A stretch of DNA of 64,000 bases from Octopus sinensis (Eukaryota): the NCBI RefSeq assembly GCF_006345805.1, contig NC_043008.1, positions 620,001 through 684,000 of the forward strand, given 5' to 3'. The position numbers and the translations under genes are program-made. Under the pieces are notes generated by a model, which did not search any database, was not told where the DNA came from, and saw nothing but the letters and a program-made list of their open reading frames with translations. This document shows positions 26,236-39,530 of this stretch, piece by piece; position 1 is the first letter of the stretch; each line of letters opens with the position of its first letter.

Positions 26236-26831
26236 CTAATGATTTTTGTATGAAAGTTCATTGTTGCATCCGAACCAGGGAGATTTCGTTGTTTTATGTT
26301 TGGTGTCTGTGAAAGAATGCAACGCAACGATCTTTCAGCCGGAATTTCCGACATAACCAGTTCCGATTCAACCAGAACCATTCCAACTCGTCGTCGTTGC
26401 AATACATTATTCCTGCACTCCTCACCAGTTTTGTTTCACAATAAGTCTGGCCTAATTTCCTCAACTTTGGTATTTGTCAAAATAACCAGAAACAACGTGT
26501 AATCAATAGACAACAAGCAAATGTCAAACATCATTTGGCAACCAAAGATAAAAATATGTATGTGTGTATGTGTGTATGTATGCATGGGTGCTTACGTATG
26601 TAGTATGTATGTATGTATGGAAGAATGTATGAAGTATGTATGTTGTATGCTTACGTACGTATGTATGTATGGAGGAATGTATGAAGTATGTATGTAGTAT
26701 GTATGCATGTATGTATGTATGTATGTATGTATGTATGTATGTATGTGTGCGTACGTACGTATGTATGTATATATGGAGGAATGTATGAAGTATGTACATA
26801 TGATGTATGTATGATGCATGTGTGTGTGCGT

Positions 26832-26903
26832 GTTCCGGGATTCGAAACCGCTATCCCACGACCACGTGCCCGCTGACCTAACCACTGGGTCATTGCGCAT
26901 CCA
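26832..26903 (-). mobile_element. tRNA-like SINE head (third family), followed on the minus strand by a (CATA)n-derived tail
   Basis: A-box-like TGACCCAGTGGTTAGG and B-box-like GGTTTCGAATCCC at tRNA-like spacing; no convincing acceptor stem, so not called as a tRNA. Confidence 0.6.
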
Positions 26904-27565
26904 CATGTATAATATACACTCTATATGTATACACTCACAAAATCAGCTCTTAAAGAGTTTTCGTTCCACCATCGATGAGTGTGAATTGAAAAAGAAAACA
27001 GAGTAAAACGAAATTCACAAAATTATTAATTCTCACATTGAAATTTTATTTGCTTTTCTTCTTCCTATTATTATTTTGTGACTTGTTGCGTTTTCAATTC
27101 TGCATCAATAAATAAATTAATAAATGAACGAACAATAAGAGTTAACAATACCAGTCATTCATTTTTTAAATGTGTTTTTATTTTGATAAGTCATCTATAG
27201 CGGTGTTTATTCGTCTATTATACCACTTCATAAAACTGTAACTTAATTAAAAGTGCGACAATACTTACATAATAAGCACTCAACTACTTCATTAAGAGAC
27301 AAATGGATATTAGCAATAAATTGTTCTATATATATATATATACTTGAAAAGTAGCGTCATGTTCAATTAAATAATAAATAATATTAATATATATATTAGA
27401 TATATAATATATATTATATATATATATATAGATATATATATAATATAGATAGATAGATAGATAGTTAGATAGATAGATAGATAGAGATAGATATGTTTCT
27501 TTATTAGCCACACAGGGCTGCACACAGATAGAACAAATTACAAGGTAGAGCTTTTCTTTTGAAGG

Positions 27566-27599
<34 letters not shown>

Positions 27600-27895
27600 A
27601 GGGGAGGTTCGATCAAAGGGATCGTAAAAGGAGAGAAAGAGGACAAAAATAAGGGGGGTTAAAAAAAAAAAAAAAAAAAAAGGGGGGGGGGAGAGGAAAA
27701 AAAATGATCAATAGGGATCGTTATCACAGAAATGTCAATATGAAGTGTAAAGGGGAGGACAGGTGAGGTTTACCCGTGGAAAGAAAAGCCTGCGGAAAGA
27801 CCACGGTAACCTCGGTCAATGAAGTCACATTTTATATTTCTTTTTTTTTTTTTTTTTTTTGCAAATAAGCAACTCTCTGTTTTCGATTTCTGGGT

Positions 27896-30800
27896 TCATA
27901 GGACTATGCTCAAGGTGGCTTCGTCATTCATACGTGCCATTCTTGCTACATTCACCCATCTTTTTTAAAACATTCGCTAGACAAAACTTGCCTCTCTACT
28001 CTCACTTTCCTTTCAAGTGGTACTTGAAGAAGTTGATGAGAGATTGACCAGAGAGGAAAGTGTTGTCTCCAATCCTTTCAGACGCGTCCACCAGATACAT
28101 TCTTTCGCCATAGCCACAAGGATGATGAAAATAGCTCTTCCTTCCCGTTTGAAGGAAGGAGGCGTGACAATATTGACGATAGACTCAGCTGATAAACCGA
28201 CTCGTCCCACACGTGACAGCAGTTGTTCGACATAAGCCCAAGGTCGGAAATTGTTGGACACTGAACGAGTGCGTGCAGAACGGTTTCGTCGCCTGACCGC
28301 ATCTCGGGCAGGTCGGCCCCGTGTTTCTCGAGCCGTGTCTGTAGAGCTTATCCCGAACGGGTAGCGCTTCTCGGTAGCACTGCCAGGCCAGGGATCTCTG
28401 GAAGTTGTCCATGGGCCCTGGCCCGAAAGTCGTCCCGAACAGGCGGGTCAGGTACTCCTCGTCGACGTCCAGGTTCGCCCCGAGCTCGTCGTCGTACCTC
28501 CCCTCCACTAAACCCCTATAGAATGCTTTGGTTGTGTTGAAGCCACTTAAGGTCGACCCAGGACGGCAGAGTTGCTTGAGAGCAACGCGACACTCGCGGT
28601 GCCATTCGCCCTTCCTCGGCCTCTTTTGATCCACGACTGCAGTTCGGTCATGGAGACGAGCTGCGGGAAAGCGTGCCTCACAAACGGCGACCACACTGTT
28701 CACCGTCGTCTACATAGAGCCAGAGATGTCGCAGTCTCAGCGCGTGTCTGCGCATCATCAACCACGGCATGCCCAGCCCTCCTTTTAACGGGTGTTGACA
28801 GCAAATGGATCGCCTGACCATCGGGACGCATCCTTTCCACAAGAAGCGAAAGAGGATGCGTTGTAGTTTGGTGATGGTAGGGTCGGGACAAGGTACGACG
28901 GTCAGGCGGTAGTAGATGACGGACGCGATGTACGTGTTCGCCACCTCCGCTCGACCTTTTAGGGACAGTTTCCTCTCGGCCCATTGCCGGGCGAGAGTGA
29001 CCACCCTACTCGTTATCTCGTTCCAGTTCTTCTCCACTTGGAGGTCCGGACCAAACCAGACCCCGAGCAACTCAACCGGGCCGTCGGTCCAGCGTCCCAC
29101 GACGGAGGCGCTGGTGGACGGCATGGGCTTGCTTCTCCAGGTGCCTAGTCGCAAGCCCACTGTTTCCCGTTTGGTTTTTCGCTCCTGTCACCGCTTCGTA
29201 GTTTTTCAGTGTCTCGCCGACCAGCTCGATGTGCTCGTGGCTAGACACTATGACGGTGACGTCGTCCGCGTATGCAGACACGCTCGTCCCGCATCCCAAT
29301 TCTCGCGGGATGCCCCTTAGAGTCGCCAGCTTCCGCAGAGTAGTGGCTCAAGAGTCAATACGTATAGAAGCGCCGAGAGGGGGCATCCCTGACGGACCGA
29401 ACGTGCAATGTCGAAAGGTCTCGATAGATGTCCATTTACGCGAATTACCGAACGGATGCCTCTGTACAAGGCAGCTATCCAGCCGCGGAAGACGGGACCG
29501 AAACCAGCCGCTCTCAGGACTGCCTCCAAGTATCGATGGTCTACCCTATCAAAGGCTTTTGATTGATCCAAGTTGATCAGGGCCCCACCCATGCCAGGTT
29601 CGTTAACTACCCTGTCTATGATGTAGCGCATCAGATGGAGGTTGTCATGGATGGTCCGGCCTGGCACGGCGCATGTTTGCACCTTGTCGACCAGTTTCTC
29701 GATGACAAGCGCCAACCTCTTGGCTAGCACCTTGGCCAAAATTTCAAGTCTGCATTAAGCAGAGTGATGGGCCTAAAGTTATCTATTACATTTCCCTTGT
29801 TTAGATCTTTCTTCAGCAGTGTTACGGCTCCTCGGCTCACAAAACAGGAATGCTCCCGTTTTGCTGCCAGTTGCAGTACACCGCCGCCAAGAGATCTCCA
29901 AACAAGTCTGGCATACATTGTAAAGCTCGTAGGGTAGACCATCCAAACCCGGTGATTTGTCCCTCGAGCATTCTGCCATCGCTTCCCGCACTTCCGCCGC
30001 CGTGATGGCACCTTCGCAGCACCCTGCCTTTCTTGTCGAGAGTCGTGGTAGGCTATGTAGGTAGGCACTGAAGTCCACCCTACGTTCTTGCCCTCCACTC
30101 GTTCCGAACAGTCGGGCAAAATGCTGCTGAAAGGCCTCACACATTTTACTTGGCTCGAGCAATTCGCGCCCCTGTTCATCTACCAGTGACCGAATGGTGC
30201 TTTGTTGCCCTGTTGCGCCTCTGCCACCCGGGCCTCTCTCGCGGCCTCCAACACCTTCGTTCCTTAGAGCACGCATCCTAGCTCTGACAGCACATCCTTC
30301 GTGTTTGGCGTTGAAGTGTTGGTCGAGGGCCAACCTCGCCGCCAAAACGTCGGATGCGATGCCGCTTCTAATTGCCTCTTCTAGCTTCTTAACTAGCTCA
30401 CCCTCTACTCTATTTCTATCTATGGCTAGTGCTTTGCTGTACCTAATCGCTTCTGCTTTTACTGCTCTCTTGAGGGCAAACCACCATTTGTTGTTGATGA
30501 TGGCTCCCGTCAAAGCCCTCTTTACTAGTGTGCTAATCCGTCTCTGAAAACTTGTCTCGATGGGAAAGACGCGTTTAGTTTCCAGTATCCGGGACCCTGC
30601 CTAAGTGTCTTACCTAAGTCTAGCGTACATGTCACAAGTTTGTGATCCGTGTAGCTGACTATGTGGAATTGTGGACATCCTATGCTATCTCTATCTACTG
30701 TCCTACACAGTATCCTATCTAGATACGATCTCGACGACCCGATGCGGTTGCTCCATGTCCACGTTGGCGCATTCGGGTGGTCTAGTCGAAACCTGTCAGA

Positions 30801-31316
30801 CAGTTGAAAGCGTCTGAGCAGGTCTCTGAGGCATTTGCATCCCCGTCTATTCCTATCTCTACCCACGTAGTCTACATGCGTGTCCAAGGTAGCATTCCAA
30901 TCCCCCACTAAGAGTAAAGACGAGACGTTCCCAAGAAAACTTCGACGTTGAAAGAAATCCGCCCGACCTGTTAAGGGCGGTGCGTAAACTGATACGAGCC
31001 GAAAAGCGCACCCATTGCTGCCGTCGACATCCAGGACGACCAGTCTACCCTCCGGGTCTACGAATATTGTCCTTACATTGAGATCCAGACTCTTGTGAAA
31101 AAGTACCGCGGTGCCACTACCGCCCATTCTCGGCAGACAGGGGGAAAAATAAATTGAACTGTCCGCCAAACATGGTCTTTAGGGCCCGCGGATTGTGGAG
31201 TCTGGTCTCGCTTATGGCTATGATTTCTAACTTATGTGACTTTATGTCATTTAAGAGGTACCCTTGTTTCCAAGGGGACCCAAGCCACGCGCATTTACAC
31301 AACCAATCTTGATCAT
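27896..31316 (-). pseudogene. Tx1-like ORF2: AP endonuclease + reverse transcriptase + C-terminal zinc-binding region; frameshifted as assembled
   Basis: MIKIGCVNARGL, AISETRL, VSVYAP, LVGDWNATLD, SYLDRIL, KSPGLDGLPYELY, NFRPITLLNAD, LDQSKAFDRVDH, SVRQGCPLSALLY, SAYADDVTV, CPRCGQ..ETVLHALVQCP. Confidence 0.93.
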
Positions 31317-31343
31317 AGTTCTAATGAATTAGAATACAGAGGG

Positions 31344-33345
31344 TTACTTACTGCTCGAAAGTTTTTGCTTTCTCCTCCGTTGGTTTGTCCTCGAGAAGAT
31401 CCCAGTACAGTTTCTTTGTGAGATATTTTTGGCATTTACCAACCGCACTGGGGAAAATGCTTTGAGTGTGTGGTGCAGACTTTTGGAGATGTGTATTATT
31501 TTGATGTGGTCTGGTGGTGTTGTGTATGGGTGGTTGTTTGTTTTTATGTCATCTTCTGTTATGTTTGTTTTTGATTGGATGTATTCCATCAAATTTGTGT
31601 GTTTTTGGTGTCTATGGCTGTGAGCATGTTGCTGTGTATGTTTTTTGTGTGTTGGTGTGGCTGTTGTTTGCGTTGGGTTTTGAAATGTTCGGGAGATGTA
31701 TTTCCCCCTGCTTTGTTCGTGTTTGCATTTGGTTTGGTTGTGTTTCTGCTCTTTATTTTCCTTCTTTTTGTAGCTATTTGCCATTCCTCACTGGTTTCGT
31801 CTTCCGACGAAATTTCTGAGGAATCAGAAGGGGGTAGGGGTATGTTGTGGGCTTCTATGTATGTCTGTGTAAGTGGTTGTGTTGTTTGTTTTCGTTGTTG
31901 TTGGTTGTTGAGTGTTTTTGTGTGTTGAGTGCGGTATAAGGGATGGGGGATCAGTTTGTGTGTGTTTTCTTTGTTTTTCCTGTTCCTTTGGGTTTTGCTG
32001 TTGATGGTAGTGTTGGTATTTTTCCAGGTGTCGAGTGGTTTTTGGTTGATGACGGATTAGCTTGGTGTGCTTCTCTTGTCGTCTTCTGTGTTGATGGTGG
32101 TGTGGGTAGTAGAGCTTTTTTTCCGGAGTGCTTTGGTTGTGGTAGTGGTTGTTGTTGTTGCTCTGGTGTGCAGTGGTTGGCACGTCTTTTCAAGTGTGTT
32201 TCGCTTCCACCAAATAGCAGCGTGGTCGCCTGCCCTCTACCACTATATAGAGTTTGTAGCCTCCTGGCAGTTCTATAGCGGTGGGTATCTTCTCTCTTGC
32301 TGCTTCATCCAATTGAAGCAGGAATTCGATTGATTTGCCCACATAGTCTTTCTCTCCTAGAACCGCGATTTCCAGGATGTTTGTCTCTGACATTGTCTCT
32401 GACATTCAAAGCAGATGGCAGAGACCACCCATTGTGTTTCGACATCAAATGGTATGTTTTTTATTTGGACTTTCGTGACCCTTTTGTTTAAATAGACTGG
32501 TATCATTACCAAGTCGTCCGAATGTAGCTCCAATGTGGAAAAACGTTTTGCTAAACTTTCGTTGAGGAAACGTACTTGGACTGTACCAAATTTGTTTCCC
32601 CAACTGATATATTCCTTGGAGTCCCATACAGGACGAAGGCATTTATCGATTTTTCCTGCGGTGCATTTCTGTTCTTCTTGTTTTTTTTGTTTATTACTTT
32701 ATAAATTATTGTTTTTTTTGCGTGTTTTTCCACGATGTGTTGTGGAATATGAAGGTGCAATTTGTCTCCTTCTTTGGAGAAGAGTGCCTTTGTGCGGTTT
32801 ATCTCTTGTGTGGTGAATGTTACAATTGTTCTTTTTTGTTTTGTTACGTCCGCAAAATTCGTTTTGAATTTGGCAGTAGAAGTGTTAATTGTGGCAGTGT
32901 TAATTGAAGTCATGGTAGTGGTGTTGGTGTTGGCGGTATTAGCAGCAGAAGGCTTGGATGTAGCATTTGACGTCGTAGTAGTGGTGTTGGTGTTGGCGGG
33001 TTTGTCTTTGGTAGGCGGCTTTGTGCCAATTTCGTTGTTGTTGTTGTTGGTGGTGATGGTGGTGGTGCTGGCATTCATGTTTTCGTTTGTATTCATTTTT
33101 GAAATCCCTTTCTCTGTCCCTTTATCATCAACAAGTGGTGTGTGGGAGTGAGGGGAAATCTAAGTTAACGTCTTTGGTCGCGGCGATGGTGAATGCGACG
33201 TTAGATTTGTTGTGTTGTTGTTGGTGGTGGTGATGGTGGTGACAGCGGTGTTCACGCTGCGATGTTTAGCAGCTAGTGGTAGCAATAGTGTTTTGTTACC
33301 GTTCTGCATGACTGGCGGGCTAGCCACGTGGTTTCTAGTTGCCAT
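31344..33345 (-). pseudogene. Tx1-like ORF1 (gag-like) with Thr/Asn-rich N-terminus and CCHC knuckle remnant; frameshifted
   Basis: Sits upstream of ORF2. VEGRRPRCY-(L/C)GSETHLK..C at about 32170-32240 is a frameshifted CX2CX4HX4C motif. Confidence 0.7.
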
Positions 33346-33567
33346 TTTCAAAATGAAAAAAATGGCTAAAAACCCACGAAAGTTTTGAAAGTTTTTTTGT
33401 ATTTTCGCCCATACAGGGGCGGAATTCTACGTGAATAATTCTCAGGTTTTTTAGTGAATGAATTTGCACAACGATTAAAAACAAATATTTGACAACAAGG
33501 AGTTTTTAAACATGTAAAAGTGGCCCCAACTTACTTGGAGCCGATATGACTAGCGTCCGTCCATTGT

Positions 33568-33614
<47 letters not shown>

Positions 33615-34595
33615 TCATACATACATGCTTATATGGATACAGGACGTCACCAACGGTACAAAAAACGTGAAAAACGTAAACAAACTAGGGAGAAAGGAGT
33701 ATTAAACGTAAACATCGAGAAAAATGGAAAACAGGACAAGTTCACAAAGAGAAAGGACCCTTCATCAGTTGTCGGTTATCTATCTGCTCCTGATTTCAAG
33801 CATTCAACCACAAGATGAGTCTTCAAAGACAGTCGCTCTCATAAATTCTAAAATAAAATTTGGGATTTATGGAGGGTCAAAGCTGGGAACAATAAAATGA
33901 CAGTGCAGGCATACAAGGTAAGTGAAGGAAAACAAACATGGAGGGTCGTTAGACAAGAATCTGAGGAAAATAGTAAACGCTGGAGGAAAAGTTTTTTAGA
34001 AAAAAGATAGGGTAGAGAGAGATGACGCATGCGCAAGTTGACACTGAGAGGGACTGAACCCAAATCCATGCGGTTGGGAAGCAAGCATCTTACCACACAG
34101 CCACGCCTGCACCTGTATATTTATATTTAAAACATTTCTTTCTTTCTTTCTTTTTTTCTTTCTTTCTTTCGTTCTTTCTTTGACCTCATCTCTAAAACTA
34201 ACCACAATCAATATATGAGTAAAGTAGAACATTTTGATTTAGGCCCATTATGTAGTTTTAAATTGCAGTTTCCGCTAATGTTGTTGTTGATGTCGCGTGG
34301 CTTGTGCTGACGATGCTGGCACTTGTGTCCGGTTCTTAAAAAAAACAATGAGTCAAACACCAAAATTAAACTGAAACGTAAACAAAATACGTATTTGTGT
34401 GTGTCAGTATTTTTTCCGTATATTGTACATAAACAATGCACATACATTATACAATCATATATATGGTCGTATATTTGCATATAAATTTCAACTATATATA
34501 TATATATATGTAGGTCCCGGGTTGATTCGGGGTTAACCACAGTAAATAAGGTACTCAATACATAGCAGAGTAAAATTAATTTATTATATAGAAGG

Positions 34596-34646
34596 AGCTT
34601 CTACAGGACTAGAACTGTTTCATTCAAAAGAAATCATCAGGAAGCT
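34596..34646 (-). ncRNA. Candidate type I hammerhead ribozyme (Penelope-like terminus), left arm
   Basis: AGCUUC-CUGAUGA-U UUC UUUU GAA U-GAAA-CAG UUCUAGUC CUG-UA-GAAGCU. Stem II is weak and position 10.1-11.1 is a U-U mismatch. Confidence 0.62.
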
Positions 34647-35143
34647 AGTTAACAAGAATTGTATTGGCATTTATACATTTAGGCAGGTTTAAAGGGGTGG
34701 TGGTGGGGGACTTTTTGGGGGTAGGCATAGCGCAAAAATATCATACTTGGGGGAGTGGTCAAGGAGTCAGTGGTAAATTAGATAAAGGAATAAATAAAAG
34801 AATAAAAAATATATAGAAGAATAGAGTTTTAGGTAAATAAGCAGATTCTCACTTATACATATACACATATGTATATATATACGCACACACACATATATAC
34901 ATACACACATACATACACACACACACACATACATATACATATATATACATACATATACATACATATATATATATATATATACATACATATGCATATATAT
35001 ATACACACACACATGTATATATACACACACGACCACACATACATATACACACAAAAATATATACACACCACATACACATACACACATACACACACATATC
35101 CACATACACACATGCACACACAAGTCCCTATACACATATGTAC

Positions 35144-35174
<31 letters not shown>

Positions 35175-35755
35175 ATATACATATATATATACATATGTGT
35201 ACCTATACATACCTACACATACACACATATACATACAAATACAAACCCATTCCCTAATTTTATTTTATTATTATCTTCATTTATTACTTTTGTTATCTTT
35301 GACCGCGCGGTCACAAGCACCTTGGCTACGACAGCAAGTCCATTTATCTTTCTACTTGAACACAAGCACTCACTCACGCACGCACACTCATTAGCACGCA
35401 CACTCACTCATTCGTACACTCATACACATACACGCACGCACGCGTTATATTCATACATACATACATCTACATACATTCATATATACACATACGTACGCGT
35501 ACCTACAGATTCATGTCTACACGCTTCTAGAAAGACTAGTCCATACATATACACCAATAAATATATATACACACATACATATACACCTACATACAAATAC
35601 ATACATATATATATAATATATATATATATATACGTATATATACATACATACATACACCCATACATACATACATATATACACATACACACACCCACACATA
35701 TACATATACATACATATACGCGCATACACACACACACACATATACATACACATAC

Positions 35756-35812
<57 letters not shown>

Positions 35813-36560
35813 CATACATGTACATACATACATATACATACATACTCACACATACATACACATATACACATACACACACATACACATATACATGCGTACC
35901 CATACACACACGCGCGCATCCATATATACACATAAGTACACACATGCGTAAAAGTATACATATATCTATATATATGCTTACACATACACACACACACACG
36001 CGCCTCCTTATGTTCATATACTTACATGCATACTCAAAAAATAAATAATAAAATATATATACGTGCAGTTTTTCATATACATACATGCATACTCAAAAAA
36101 TAAATAATAAATAGTAAGTATATATACGTGCAGTTACCTATTATACAGACGGATACATACATATAAACTTACACACACAATTATATATATATATATAATA
36201 TATATATATATATATTATATATATATATAATATATATATACACATACTTACACATATGTACATATACATACACACATACAAACTCTACGTACCTACATAT
36301 ACATAAACACACGAGCGTACAAGTAAATGTACACATACACATACACATACACACACATACATACATACAAATACATACACACACCACACATATATAATTA
36401 TATATATATATATGTGTGTATGTATTTGTATGTATGTATGTGTGTGTATGTGTATGTGTATATGTACATTTACTTGTACGCTCGTGTGTTTATGTATATG
36501 TAGGTACGTAGAGTTATGTATGTGTGTATGTATATGTACATATGTGTAAGTATGTGTATA

Positions 36561-36607
<47 letters not shown>

Positions 36608-36981
36608 AAGTTTATATGTATGTATCCGTCTGTATAATAGGTAACTGCACGTATATATACTTAATATTTATTATTTATTTTTTGAGCATGCATGTATGTA
36701 TATGAATAACTGCACGTATATATATTTTATTATTTATTTTTTGAGTATGCATGTAAGTATATGAACATAAGGAGGCGCGTGTGTGTGTGTATGTGTAAGC
36801 ATATGTATAGATATATGTATACTTTTACGCATGTGTGTACTTATGTGTATATATGGATGCGCGCGTGTGTGTGTGTGTGTATGGGTACGCATGCATATGT
36901 GTATGTGTGTGTATGTGTATATGTGTTTGTATGTGTGTGTGTATGTATGTATATGTATGTATGTACATGTATGTATGTGTC

Positions 36982-37012
<31 letters not shown>

Positions 37013-37586
37013 TATATATATGTATATATATATATGTATGTGTATGTATATGTGTGTGTGTGTATGCGCGTATATGTATATATATGTATATGTGTGGGTG
37101 TGTGTATGTGTATATATGTATGTATGTATGGGTGTATGTATGTATATATACGATATATATATATATATATATATGTATGTATTTGTATGTAGGTGTATAT
37201 GTATGTGTGTATATATATTTATTGGTGTATATGTATGGACTAGTCTTCTAAGCGTGTAGACATGAATCTGTAGGTACGCGTACGTATGTGTATATATGTG
37301 AATGTATGTAGATGTATGTATGTATGAATATAACGCGTGCGTGCGTGTATGTGTATGAGTGTACGAATGAGTGAGTGTGCGTGCTAATGAGTGTGCGTGC
37401 GTGAGTGAGTGCTTGTGTTCAAGTAGAAAGATAAATGGACTTGCTGTCGTAGCCAAGGTGCTTGTGACCCGCGGTCAAAGATAACAAAAGTAATAAATGA
37501 AGATAATAATAAAATTAAAATTAGGGAATGGGTTTGTATTTGTATGTATATGTGTGTATGTGTAGGTATGTATAGGTACACATATG

Positions 37587-37636
<50 letters not shown>

Positions 37637-38136
37637 TATGTGTATATAGGGACTTGTGTGTGCATGCGTGTATGTGGATATGTGTGTGTATGTGTGTATG
37701 TGTATGTGTGTGTATGTATATATTTTTGTGTGTATATGTATGTGTGGTCGTGTGTGTATATATACATGTGTGTGTGTATATATATATGCATATGTATGTA
37801 TATATATATATATATATGTATGTATATGTATGTATATATATATGTATATGTATGTGTGTGTGTGTGTATGTATGTGTGTATGTATATATGTGTGTGTGTG
37901 TATATATATACATATGTGTATATGTATAAGTGAGAATCTGCTTATTTACCTAAAACTCTATTCTTCTATATATTTTTTTATTCTTTTATTTATTCTTTTA
38001 TCTAATTTACCACTGACTCCTTGACCACTCCCCCAAGTATGATATTTTTGCGCTATGCCTACCCCCAAAAAGTCCCCCACCACCACCCCTTTAAACCTGC
38101 CTAAATGTATAAATGCCAATACAATTCTTGTTAACT

Positions 38137-38187
38137 AGCTTCCTGATGATTTCTCTTGAATGAAACAGTTCTAGTCCTGTAGAAGCT
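38137..38187 (+). ncRNA. Candidate type I hammerhead ribozyme (Penelope-like terminus), right arm
   Basis: Same fold as the left copy with one substitution in loop II (UCUU); predicted GUA cleavage after 38181. Confidence 0.62.
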
Positions 38188-38200
38188 CCTTCTATATAAG

Positions 38201-38237
<37 letters not shown>

Positions 38238-38433
38238 ATATATGTATGTATATATATATATATATATCTTGTACAACCTAAGAATACCATGCTTTTTATC
38301 TATAGCTTTGGTTGCTTCGACATCCAGCGCTCAAAAAAAAAAAAAAGGGAAGAAAAGATAATTATTTCACACTCTCTCGAAAGTTTATGAATTGTTATGA
38401 CGTCCGCTATATCACACACACAAACACACACAT

Positions 38434-38469
<36 letters not shown>

Positions 38470-39091
38470 TCTCTATCTCTCTCTCTCTCACACACTCATA
38501 CAAAGATAAATTATAATTCCTAAACTGAGATGCGAATATACGTGCATGAGAATCATAGAAATACTATATTATCTACATCCCAACTCAGAGAAGGAAAGCG
38601 TCGAAGAATGAATAAAATGAAGGAGCCAAGTGAATAAAGACTGATACAATGAATACGAGTCGAGTGAATGCCTGGTATGTAAGCTGCGCGCGCATGTGTG
38701 TTCGCCTTTTGTCTTTGACGATTTGAGACTATGTTATTAATACGGTAGATCTTTTGACTTCAACAGAAACTTGAAAATCAAATATTACCAGTAAGTTTGT
38801 CATGTGTAAAATACGCAGATATCATCTTTCCTTATTCTAAATAGAAAAGCGAAAAAACTACCTTAATGTGTCTAAAGAGGGCAGTAACAAAACAAACATA
38901 GGAATGTAAGAGATGAAAGCTGGAGATACACGAGACCGACGTCATCTGTCACCCGCCATGTTTTCTTATATTCCAGAAAACGATCAAATTACCGAGTGTC
39001 CATCACAAGGAAAATAAACGGGGGAAATAAAGATACCTTGCCATATTGATTGATCACTCTGTATTCCCTCTGAGCACGTGCGTTCGTGAGA

Positions 39092-39139
<48 letters not shown>

Positions 39140-39181
39140 GTATATGTGTATATATATACATATATATACACACATATATAC

Positions 39182-39223
<42 letters not shown>

Positions 39224-39469
39224 TGTGTGTGTACGTTCGTAGGTCTGTATGAATGTGTTATGTTTTCATAGAGTTGATTAACAGAAATTTTGGAGCGTCG
39301 AAGAATCTATGTTGCGATTAAGTTGTTTAGGATCTTTGTGGTCTGAGTTCAATTCTTGTCGATGTGAACTTCACGTTTCCTGAAAGAGAATCAAAGTTTT
39401 TAGCCATTCCGCCATATTGTGCGAATTTAGCATACGCATACAGCATTTCTTCTTAACACACATGTACAC

Positions 39470-39486
39470 ATATATAATAACAAATA

Positions 39487-39530
<44 letters not shown>

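Larger units (their letters stand above)
27493..33567 (-). mobile_element. Near full-length Tx1-like (L1 clade) non-LTR retrotransposon, ~6.1 kb, both ends in (GATA)n
   Basis: Contains a 5' UTR, ORF1, ORF2 and a 3' UTR with AATAAA near the end. (GATA)n lies at 27447-27492 and 33568-33614. Confidence 0.92.
34584..38199. repeat. ~3.6-kb near-perfect palindrome (arms ~1.8 kb, centre in a TA run at ~36390-36413)
   Basis: Unique islets (e.g. 34584-34860 vs 37925-38199; 35235-35420 vs 37370-37550; 36280-36380 vs 36420-36520) are reverse complements in mirrored order. Confidence 0.95.

Noticed and set aside
26832-26903. Possible tRNA gene
   Set aside because: A and B boxes are present but there is no convincing cloverleaf or acceptor stem; treated as a SINE head.
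34869-35951. 360-aa ORF, the longest in the track
   Set aside because: It is a CA/TA microsatellite read-through inside the palindrome arm, with no domain-like content.
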